Positions 7,956 to 15,004 of a stretch of DNA of 17,914 nt are shown one piece after another. How positions within the stretch are numbered: position 1 is the stretch's first letter; each line of letters starts with the position of its first letter. A model generated the notes under the pieces. It made no database searches and was not told the origin of the DNA. It saw nothing but the letters and a program-made list of their open reading frames with translations. Source of the DNA: Pseudomonadota bacterium (GTDB lineage Bacteria; Bdellovibrionota; FAC87; UBA2466); NCBI GenBank assembly GCA_043718025.1, contig JAYSWN010000220.1, forward strand, positions 1 through 17,914, written 5' to 3'. The translations under genes were made by a program, and so were the position numbers.

Positions 7956-8669
7956 TTAGAACGTGCGGTGGATTTCGGCTAGGCGCTCGCCGCGGGTGGC
8001 TTTACGCCCGTGGCGAATTTCAAAATCAATCTGCTGATTCACCATCGAGGTAAAGACCTCAATCATATTGTCGTGGTGGCGATGAGTGGGTTGTTCGACC
8101 AATTCGATAAACTCGTGAATGGCTTCGATCGTGGAGTAACAGTGCGAGCTTGGCTGCTTGCGCACCAAGAATTGCGAAGGCGCCCGTGGAGTAAAACAAA
8201 CGTGCGGTAACGGCTTTAGGTTTTGGCTCTCCCGTTTTATCTTGGTGGCCTGGCTCCAGGTGCCATCGATTAGAAATACCACCAGTTGCTTAGCCGCCGG
8301 AAAGGCCAGCGCCCGCTTTTCGACCGACATTGCAGATAAGTCGGCCGAGTGTTCCCCCGGCGATAGCACCACCGGGTAGTTTGCCGGGTCAGCAATTAGA
8401 GCGTTTACCGCCGCATGGTGGCTAAAATTGCGCCCCTCATAAAAAGATGAATTAGTTAAACACAAATGGGCCATTCTTCCGCTGGCGATGCTGCGCCACA
8501 CTTCATTGGGATGAATCAAGATGGCAAAATGGGTGCTAGGTACGAATGGTTTTACCCCGGCACAGTAACAGGTGGAAGAGGCACGAAGGCAGTGCGGGCA
8601 CTCCTGGCGCGGAGTAAACTCGGCCGCAAAACGGGCCCGTTTTTTTTCTAAATAAAGTTCAACCGTCAT
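7956..8669 (-). CDS. DTW-domain tRNA-uridine aminocarboxypropyltransferase (TapT/YfiP-like)
   Basis: RQECPHC...CYC Zn motif, ILIHPNE, SGRMAHL, FLIDGTWSQA (DTW), VRKQP, STIEA. Likely start ATG 8669. Confidence 0.9.
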   Translation of the reverse strand: MTVELYLEKKRARFAAEFTPRQECPHCLRASSTCYCAGVKPFVPSTHFAILIHPNEVWRSIASGRMAHLCLTNSSFYEGRNFSHHAAVNALIADPANYPVVLSPGEHSADLSAMSVEKRALAFPAAKQLVVFLIDGTWSQATKIKRESQNLKPLPHVCFTPRAPSQFLVRKQPSSHCYSTIEAIHEFIELVEQPTHRHHDNMIEVFTSMVNQQIDFEIRHGRKATRGERLAEIHRTF

Positions 8670-8812
8670 GAGCCCAACCAAGAAGCGGAGAGAATAACCC
8701 AATTTTGAGTCGATCCATAGGTCTCCCTATTGATCGTACTTGTGCGCTAAATTGAGTTTTACGCTCTAGCCTTAACGGCGCCAGGAATGTTACACCACAA
8801 GTTGGTAATTCC

Positions 8813-10279
8813 TTGAACTTCAGAAACGACATACGCAGGCGCTTTTTCGGCGCGATTCTAGCTATTTGGCTATTTTCCGGCCAAGCCCAGGCAGAAGACC
8901 TGGTGACGCTGGTTTGCGTAGACTGCCACGGCACCTCCTCGTTTTACGCCCAAGTCTCTCGCCAAATGTACCCGGGCAAGAAAATCCGCTGGATTCACGT
9001 GATGACCGAAGAGACGATCCGTCCCAACTACGCGGCATCATTCAATGGTTCTAAAGACCAATATCAAGAGCTGCTCACTTGCAATCCGGCCGATCCCGAC
9101 AGCATGCAACGGGTGCTAGAGCGCCTTCGGCCCATGGGCGTTACGCGAGTGCTGGGCGGGATGGAATCAGGCGCGGTCGAGGCCGATAAGTTTAATGCCT
9201 GGCTTGGTCTGCCCGGAAACGATCCAGAAACGAGCGCCGACCGGCGTGAAAAAAACGCCATGCAAATTGCGCTGGGCGATTTTGCTATTCCCACCCTGCT
9301 CAGCCGCGACCGAGACGAGATCTTAGCGTTCGTAAAAAAGCTGGGCACCAAAGAGGTGGTCATCAAACCCAACGCCAGTTCTGGCGCAGAAAAGGTCGAG
9401 TTTGTTGATGCAAGCGATCCAGAAGCCATTTGGAAGGTGATCTCGGGCATTTTGGACAAAACCGATAACTACGGCCACCTGATTAGCGATGTGGTGGTTC
9501 AGCCCGCCATCAAAGGGCCGGAATATGTAGTAAACACCATCTCCGTTAACGGTGAGGTCACCATCACCGCAATCTGGCGCTACGAAAAATTTAGACTTCC
9601 GAATGGGCGACTGATCTACTTTATCGACCGACCCATCGACCTCCAAAGTGATTTGGCCAAGGAGCTGGAGCCACTGGCGTCGCTGGTCCACGCTCGATTA
9701 GGTAATAAGGAAGGCCCGGGGCACGCCGAATTTGTAAAAGATGAAGACACCGGCCGCTGGTACCTGTTTGAGCAGGCCGCCCGCGTCGGTGGAGCGGGCA
9801 TGTCGATGGTAGACGCCGAAGTGTGGGGCACGAGTCACCTGCACCTGTATTTAATGTCCATTCTGGATCCGGAAGGATTTAAAAAAACGATCGCCTCGTT
9901 TCCGCGGCGTAAAATTAAAGATGCCGCAGTATTCACCTTGATCGCCCGTAAGCCGGGACGTTTTCGCAAAGGGGCCGAAGCGGCATTAAACGGATTAATG
10001 AGTCTCTTCGTGCCGGCGCCTTATTACGGCGCCACCGACGGCAAAGAATTCGAACAGACACTCGACCTCACGTCGGCCCCGCTCACGGTAAATCTGGTCG
10101 GCACCGAAGGCCAAGTGGCGCTCGATGCCAGAGCGCTTCTAAAGTTAGAGACTAACGGACGCTTATTCGAATTTTTTCTAAAAAAGGGCTTGCTCAACAA
10201 ATGCGGCGACCTGCTCGAATCGGTTCGCCACCGCTTAAACCTTTTTGAACGTTTCCGCCGTATTCGCTGGCACGATTAG
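8813..10279 (+). CDS. ATP-grasp domain protein (amino-acid-ligase-like) with N-terminal signal peptide
   Basis: RREKNAMQ, VVIKPNASSGAEKV, VVVQPAIKGPEYVVNTIS, GPGHAEF, LFEQAARVGG. N-terminus IRRRFFGAILAIWLFSGQAQA. TTG start. Confidence 0.8.
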   Translation: MNFRNDIRRRFFGAILAIWLFSGQAQAEDLVTLVCVDCHGTSSFYAQVSRQMYPGKKIRWIHVMTEETIRPNYAASFNGSKDQYQELLTCNPADPDSMQRVLERLRPMGVTRVLGGMESGAVEADKFNAWLGLPGNDPETSADRREKNAMQIALGDFAIPTLLSRDRDEILAFVKKLGTKEVVIKPNASSGAEKVEFVDASDPEAIWKVISGILDKTDNYGHLISDVVVQPAIKGPEYVVNTISVNGEVTITAIWRYEKFRLPNGRLIYFIDRPIDLQSDLAKELEPLASLVHARLGNKEGPGHAEFVKDEDTGRWYLFEQAARVGGAGMSMVDAEVWGTSHLHLYLMSILDPEGFKKTIASFPRRKIKDAAVFTLIARKPGRFRKGAEAALNGLMSLFVPAPYYGATDGKEFEQTLDLTSAPLTVNLVGTEGQVALDARALLKLETNGRLFEFFLKKGLLNKCGDLLESVRHRLNLFERFRRIRWHD

Positions 10280-10280
10280 T

Positions 10281-10655
10281 TCACCGTTTAGTAAACAAGT
10301 ACGCCCAACCGATCAACACGAGCTGCAAGGGCAACCGCAACCACAAAAGCCAAGGGGCAATAGGTTTATCGCCCAACGGAATCTGGTGTATCGCCATGTG
10401 TAAATTGGCGGGAAATACCGCGACGTACAATGCGATAAGGCCCCAGGCGGCCAGCCGACTCAGGCCCGGAATTAAGAGTCCAGCTCCGCCCAACACTTCG
10501 AAGAACCCGCTGACGTAAACCAGAGTGAGCGGCGCGGGCAAGTAGCTAGGAACTATTTTTACAAAGCCTTCGGGCTGGGTAAAATGGCTGATCCCCACCA
10601 ACATCATTCCCACGGCTAGAACCCAACGCAGAGTTAATTTAAGCAGTGCCAGCAT
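10281..10655 (-). CDS. DoxX-like membrane protein
   Basis: GISHF...FVKIVPSYLP, VYVSGFFEVLGG, AVFPANLHMA and WLRLPLQ are characteristic of this small 4-TM family. Confidence 0.85.
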   Translation of the reverse strand: MLALLKLTLRWVLAVGMMLVGISHFTQPEGFVKIVPSYLPAPLTLVYVSGFFEVLGGAGLLIPGLSRLAAWGLIALYVAVFPANLHMAIHQIPLGDKPIAPWLLWLRLPLQLVLIGWAYLFTKR

Positions 10656-10694
10656 GGGCCCACTGTACGGCGGAAAGGTTCGTGGTGGCCAGTC

Positions 10695-11435
10695 TTATTC
10701 AATATCGAAATCGTGGTAGGTGTCGGGGTAGGGCTCGTTTTTCAACGTGTAGTGCCACCACTCTTTTTCATAATTGCCAAACCCCTGGTGCTCCATTGCT
10801 TGCTTGAGCAGCAACCGATTGGCCTTGGCCACCTCGGCAATGCCAGCACTCAGGGTGGCCGCTTTATCGTCGAAACAGTCGTAGCCGGTACCCATGTCGA
10901 TTGAGTTGTCGTTGAATCGAGATTGGTAAGGCGCCGTGCAGTCGACAAGCGGCTCACCGTCCTTCCAAGTTGCGCTCGCAATCAGGGGAAGCTTAACCAA
11001 CGTAAGATCAATAGTGCTGCCGCGCGAATGGCCCGAGCGGGTGGCGATATAACCGAGCTTGAAGGCGTCTTTTTTATCCACCCGCGGATAGAATTCCGCT
11101 TTCATTTTCTGGTCGCTCGCCTGTTTCGCCCACGCCACAAAATCATCTACCGCTTTTTGGGGGCGATAGCAGTCGTAGGCCTTTAGAGAATAACCTTTCG
11201 CATATAAATCTTTCTGCACTCTCGCCAGGGCTTCCGCCGCAGGCTTCGCAAGCAGACATTTACCCGCTCGGTAACCGGCGACGGGCCGTCCGAGAAAGTT
11301 GTGGTGACCAAAGTAGCGAGCTTCGACCACAATCGAATTATCGATTGTCGCCACGTCAACCCATTGCGAAAGCGCCGAATGAGCGCTCCCGCCTAAAAGC
11401 GAAAACGAAATCATTGAAATAAAATATTTTGCCAT
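10695..11435 (-). CDS. ddpX: D-alanyl-D-alanine dipeptidase, peptidase M15D (VanX/DdpX-like), with signal peptide
   Basis: NFLGRPVAGY, YDCYRPQKAV, SGHSRGSTIDLTL (SxHxxGxxxD), DMGTGYDCF, EWWHY. N-terminal hydrophobic signal. Confidence 0.9.
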   Translation of the reverse strand: MAKYFISMISFSLLGGSAHSALSQWVDVATIDNSIVVEARYFGHHNFLGRPVAGYRAGKCLLAKPAAEALARVQKDLYAKGYSLKAYDCYRPQKAVDDFVAWAKQASDQKMKAEFYPRVDKKDAFKLGYIATRSGHSRGSTIDLTLVKLPLIASATWKDGEPLVDCTAPYQSRFNDNSIDMGTGYDCFDDKAATLSAGIAEVAKANRLLLKQAMEHQGFGNYEKEWWHYTLKNEPYPDTYHDFDIE

Positions 11436-11562
11436 CCGCCAATGCTAACTCTGAGTCCCCGCTAACGCACTTTGAAATGGTTTCCTGATAGGTAACCGCA
11501 ATGTGTCCCCCACCCGGTTCAGATTGTGGACACCGCCCCCCCCTTGCAGGCATACGATTTCG

Positions 11563-11648
11563 TAGGTCTTGGAGAAGGGGTTCGCCCTGACTCCAATCTT
11601 AGGGCGCCGGCGTTTCTTCCCGTGGGAAATTCCGGCGCTCTTTTTTTT
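11563..11648 (+). ncRNA. Candidate small structured RNA or attenuator leader (family unassigned)
   Basis: Hairpin TTGGAG-AA-GGGG-TTCG-CCCT-GA-CTCCAA with a UUCG loop, followed by a terminator. Possible -10 TACGAT at 11553-11558. Confidence 0.45.
11601..11648 (+). terminator. Rho-independent terminator
   Basis: GGGCGCCGG (11602-11610) pairs with CCGGCGCTC (11632-11640), with an inner TTCCC/GGGAA arm, followed by 8 T. Confidence 0.7.
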
Positions 11649-11688
11649 GGGGGCGCGCCCGGCCCATTCGGTGTAACTTGGCGCCGCC

Positions 11689-12354
11689 ATGAGCCCGCCT
11701 TTTCAGCAAACTCACCACTGCCCCTTGTGCCACGCCGTTTCGTCAGAACGAATTCACACGTCAGTGATTGCGCATCCCCGCGAATTTTTTCACTGCGGAA
11801 CTTGCCGGCTGATCTTTGTTCCGGCCCAGTTCTTTTTAGCCGCTGACCAAGAAAAGGCCCGCTACGCAGAACACAATAACGACCCTTTAGACCAGCGTTA
11901 CCGCAACTTCTTAACCCAGGCCTTTCAGCCCTTAGCCAAACGGCTACCCGCCCAGGGCAAAGGGCTCGACTACGGCTCGGGGCCGGGTCCGACCCTTCAG
12001 CTAATGTTTCAAGAGGCCGGCTTTGAGATGGAGGGTTTTGACCCGTTTTTTGCGAACCGTCCCGAACTACTGGTTCGAAAGTACGATTTCATCACCTGTA
12101 CCGAAGCCGCCGAACACTTTCATCGACCACGGGTAGAGTTTACCAAGCTGGACGGACTGTTGAATCCGTTGGGCCACCTAACCATTTTGACCGGAATATG
12201 GTGGGAAGAGATGATTTTTGCCGACTGGTATTACCAGCGCGACCCCACCCACGTGATCTTCTTTCACCAAAATACGTTTCGCTGGATAGCAAACCACTTT
12301 GGCTGGAAGTTATTTTTTGAGGGACGAAACGTGGTTACGTTTCAAAAGAGTTGA
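11689..12354 (+). CDS. Class I SAM-dependent methyltransferase with N-terminal Zn ribbon
   Basis: CPLC...CGTC, EKARYAEHNN, GLDYGSGPGP, FDPFF, YDFITCTEAAEHF, WYYQRDPTHV. Confidence 0.88.
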   Translation: MSPPFQQTHHCPLCHAVSSERIHTSVIAHPREFFHCGTCRLIFVPAQFFLAADQEKARYAEHNNDPLDQRYRNFLTQAFQPLAKRLPAQGKGLDYGSGPGPTLQLMFQEAGFEMEGFDPFFANRPELLVRKYDFITCTEAAEHFHRPRVEFTKLDGLLNPLGHLTILTGIWWEEMIFADWYYQRDPTHVIFFHQNTFRWIANHFGWKLFFEGRNVVTFQKS

Positions 12355-12900
12355 ACGCCGTTTCTGTTTCAGCATCAACACCGTAACTTCGTGGTCGAGC
12401 AGAAATTGCTTGGTCGGTAGCCCGGCGGCAAAACCCGTAAGTTCGCCGTTTTTTCCAATCACCCGGTGGCACGGAACCAGAATAGAAACCGGATTTTTTC
12501 CGTTGGCCGCGCCTACGGCGCGGGTGAGCTTGGGGTTGCCCAGTTTCACGGCTTGTTCTTGATAGCTGATGGTCTCGGCAAACGGGATTTCAGTGAGCGC
12601 TTTCCAGGCCGCCAGCTGAAACGGGGTGCCGGTTAAATCTAAGGGGATCGAAAAATCGACTCGCTTGCCTTCGAAGTACTCGGCCAGCTGCTTCTTAGTG
12701 CGGTCGAGAATTTTTGAAACGCCGATATTCTTAGGCGCTTTGGCGAGTTTTACGCGATGGGGCGGTTCGTTTTCCCAAAGCAACGCGGCAATGCCACGCT
12801 CACTGGCCAAGAGCGTCAGCAGCCCGATCGGGCTCACGAAAGTATCCTGAGTGAGATGAGGCACTTCGCCCTTTTTCGAGTTTTTCACTGCCACTTTCAT
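12310..12900 (-). CDS. ogt: Methylated-DNA--protein-cysteine S-methyltransferase
   Basis: SPIG, QLAEYFEG, GTPFQLAAW, RAVGAANGKNP, active-site PCHRVIG, LLDHE. Confidence 0.95.
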   Translation of the reverse strand: MKVAVKNSKKGEVPHLTQDTFVSPIGLLTLLASERGIAALLWENEPPHRVKLAKAPKNIGVSKILDRTKKQLAEYFEGKRVDFSIPLDLTGTPFQLAAWKALTEIPFAETISYQEQAVKLGNPKLTRAVGAANGKNPVSILVPCHRVIGKNGELTGFAAGLPTKQFLLDHEVTVLMLKQKRRSTLLKRNHVSSLKK

Positions 12901-13181
12901 AACTCCGCCTTTTCATTCGCGTGGCGATCAAAAAAGAAGGTGCCTAACGGCACAATTCCCGCCAAAAATCCGACCATTGCCTTCTTATGGCTCCAGCTAA
13001 ATTCGGTGGTAATTACCGCCAAAAGACCAAGGTAAGCCATAAAGAAGATGCCGTGAAACCAGCCGGTCACTTTAACCATCATCGGCAAGCCGAACTTATA
13101 CTTCAGCGGCATGGCGATACCCAGTAATACCAGCAAAGAAATGCCTTCGAGAATACCGGCAATACGAAAGGCCTTTATCAT
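12897..13181 (-). CDS. DUF3817 membrane protein
   Basis: FRIAGILEGISLLVLLGIAMPLKY, GWFHGIFFMAY, AGIVPLGTF. Start and stop overlap both neighbours. Confidence 0.88.
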   Translation of the reverse strand: MIKAFRIAGILEGISLLVLLGIAMPLKYKFGLPMMVKVTGWFHGIFFMAYLGLLAVITTEFSWSHKKAMVGFLAGIVPLGTFFFDRHANEKAEL

Positions 13182-14125
13182 TTAACGGCCTCCTTTGTGT
13201 CTTTGCTTTCCCCGCGCGGTGGCCAGATGAGCGAGGCCACGACCGAAAGCGCTAAAACGCCAAGAATGGTCATCAGGGCTAAGCCGGTGGGCACTTTGTA
13301 ATAATCTTCAATGAGCATTTTAGTTCCCACGAAAACTAAAATGACCGAGAGGCCAATTTTTAAGTGATGGAAAAGATCCATCAACCCCGAAACTGCAAAA
13401 AACAGGGATCGCAGGCCCAAAATCGCAAACACGTTGGACGTATAAACAATGAAGGGGTCAGAACTGATGGCCAAAATGGCGGGAATAGAGTCCATGGCAA
13501 AAATCAGATCGGTAATCTCGACCATAATCAGCGCCGCAAAGAGCGGAGTTGCCATGCGGCGGTGCTTTTCCACCACGAAGAAATCCCCACCGTGATACGA
13601 ATTGGTCACGGGCACCACTCGCCGCAGAAGCTTCATCACAATATTCTGGTCTAGCGACACCTCGGCCTTGGCGGGAAGCATCATCTTGATGCCCGAAACC
13701 ACCAGAAAACCGCCAAAAACAAAAATAATCCAATGGTAGCGGTTGATGAGGGCCACGCCCGCAAAAATAAAAGCGGCGCGCATAAACAGCGCGCCCAATA
13801 TTCCCCAGAACAAAACCTTGTGCTGGTATTTGTCGGGCACGCGAAAAAACGTAAAGATCATTAAAATGACAAAAATATTGTCAACGCTAAGCGACTTTTC
13901 GATTACGTAGCCGGTAAGAAACTCCAAGGCGGGTTGTTTGCCAAAAAAGTGGTAGAGGCCGGCATTAAAAATTAGGGCCAAGCCGATCCACACCGCGGTC
14001 CAGGTTAGCGACTCTTTGAATTTAATTTTGTGGGATTGCCGATGAAAAACGCCTAAATCGAGCGCCAGCATCAGAAAAACAAATGCGTTAAAACCAACCC
14101 AAAGCGCAATGTTTCCGTGTGCCAT
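13178..14125 (-). CDS. TerC/Alx family metal homeostasis membrane protein
   Basis: LALDLGVF, GYVIEKSLSVDNIFV, QHKVLFWGILGA, EITDLIFAMDSIPA, YTSNVFAILGLRSL. Confidence 0.95.
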   Translation of the reverse strand: MAHGNIALWVGFNAFVFLMLALDLGVFHRQSHKIKFKESLTWTAVWIGLALIFNAGLYHFFGKQPALEFLTGYVIEKSLSVDNIFVILMIFTFFRVPDKYQHKVLFWGILGALFMRAAFIFAGVALINRYHWIIFVFGGFLVVSGIKMMLPAKAEVSLDQNIVMKLLRRVVPVTNSYHGGDFFVVEKHRRMATPLFAALIMVEITDLIFAMDSIPAILAISSDPFIVYTSNVFAILGLRSLFFAVSGLMDLFHHLKIGLSVILVFVGTKMLIEDYYKVPTGLALMTILGVLALSVVASLIWPPRGESKDTKEAVK

Positions 14126-14152
14126 CGTGCTTTAGCAATAGCTTTGGAGGGG

Positions 14153-14893
14153 CTATTGGGCAAGCGGTCTAAAACAATTCACCATCGCCGGTGTCAAGCG
14201 AGAGGGGCGCTTATTCGTTACCTCGTCAAATATCCCCTCAAATGCGGCCTCAATTTGCTTCTTATTGGCATAATCGTGTCCTTCCAGATACTGATCGGCC
14301 GCCGCGGGTCCGAAGGCAGGTACCAAGACAATAAAGTCATTAGAACCTTGGTGCGCGAAGGCACGCTCATTTTCGTCAATGGCCACCACCCGAGTTTCAT
14401 TTCGCAACCTTAGTGAGTTACGAAGCAGAGCAAAGTTTTTTTCTCCCTTTTGCGGCGCGAAATCGGTGCGAGCAGTCACTTCAACTCCCCGCTCTTTCAG
14501 GGTCTTGCCGCCCACCTGAATTTGCTCTTGCACGGCCTTGGTACGGGCGTCATCGTTGAGCGAGGTTAAAACAATTCGGGCTTTTCCGCTGGCAATCAAC
14601 GGGGCCATCTTCTCAAAAAACGAGACCATACCGGGGCGTACCGCCACTACGCTTTCTCGGCGACCATCGGCGAGGTCGACTGAGTGCAAAAGCGAACGCA
14701 CATTTAGGCCATCGCTCGGAGTGTACCGAACGACACTCGCTCTTTCATTTTTGGCAAAAGCAGCATGGTCAGCCTCGCTCAAAAGGGTTTCGTCCACGTC
14801 CATCATAATCACCAGTTCGGGCACGCGCCCAGAGGAGAGCGGTTCGGCGACCAAAACCAGGCTGAAAGAAAGGGCAAAAAAGAAGGAGCGCAC
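14153..14893 (-). CDS. Secreted HAD-superfamily (NIF/FCP1-like) phosphatase-like protein
   Basis: Likely GTG start at 14893 with signal VRSFFFALSFSLVLVA. Motif I IMMDVDETL, VRPGMVSFF, motif II LTS, Lys in GEKN, motif IV VAIDEN. Confidence 0.65.
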   Translation of the reverse strand: MRSFFFALSFSLVLVAEPLSSGRVPELVIMMDVDETLLSEADHAAFAKNERASVVRYTPSDGLNVRSLLHSVDLADGRRESVVAVRPGMVSFFEKMAPLIASGKARIVLTSLNDDARTKAVQEQIQVGGKTLKERGVEVTARTDFAPQKGEKNFALLRNSLRLRNETRVVAIDENERAFAHQGSNDFIVLVPAFGPAAADQYLEGHDYANKKQIEAAFEGIFDEVTNKRPSRLTPAMVNCFRPLAQ

Positions 14894-15004
14894 GGTGTCT
14901 TGATTGTAACGGATTCCGCACCACTTGTCGTTCGTTGACCACCTCAAGTTGCAGTTTCCGAATGCTCTTTCAGATGCTAAATTGCTGGAATTCTGAGGAG
15001 AATC

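Noticed and set aside
10695..11435. Vancomycin-resistance locus
   Set aside because: No vanH, vanA, vanR or vanS nearby; the ATP-grasp gene in the window does not resemble a D-Ala-D-Ala/D-Lac ligase.
11570..11630. Cobalamin riboswitch resemblance on the minus strand (CGGGAAG...GAGTCAG)
   Set aside because: Other conserved elements (GGGAA-GGTG-AA-TCC, GCCACTG) are absent and the downstream gene is unrelated to B12.
11445..11846. ORFs 11445..11690 (-), 11526..11846 (+) and 11356..11553 (-)
   Set aside because: No domain signal, they overlap real genes, and they cross the hairpin/terminator region, which is better explained as non-coding.
2448..12900. A functional cluster of SAM/methyl-related genes (three methyltransferase-fold genes, DTW, Ogt)
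   Set aside because: Scattered, on different strands and in unrelated pathways; probably coincidental.
14126..14152. yybP-ykoY Mn riboswitch expected upstream of TerC/Alx
   Set aside because: Only 27 nt of intergenic space and no recognisable motif.
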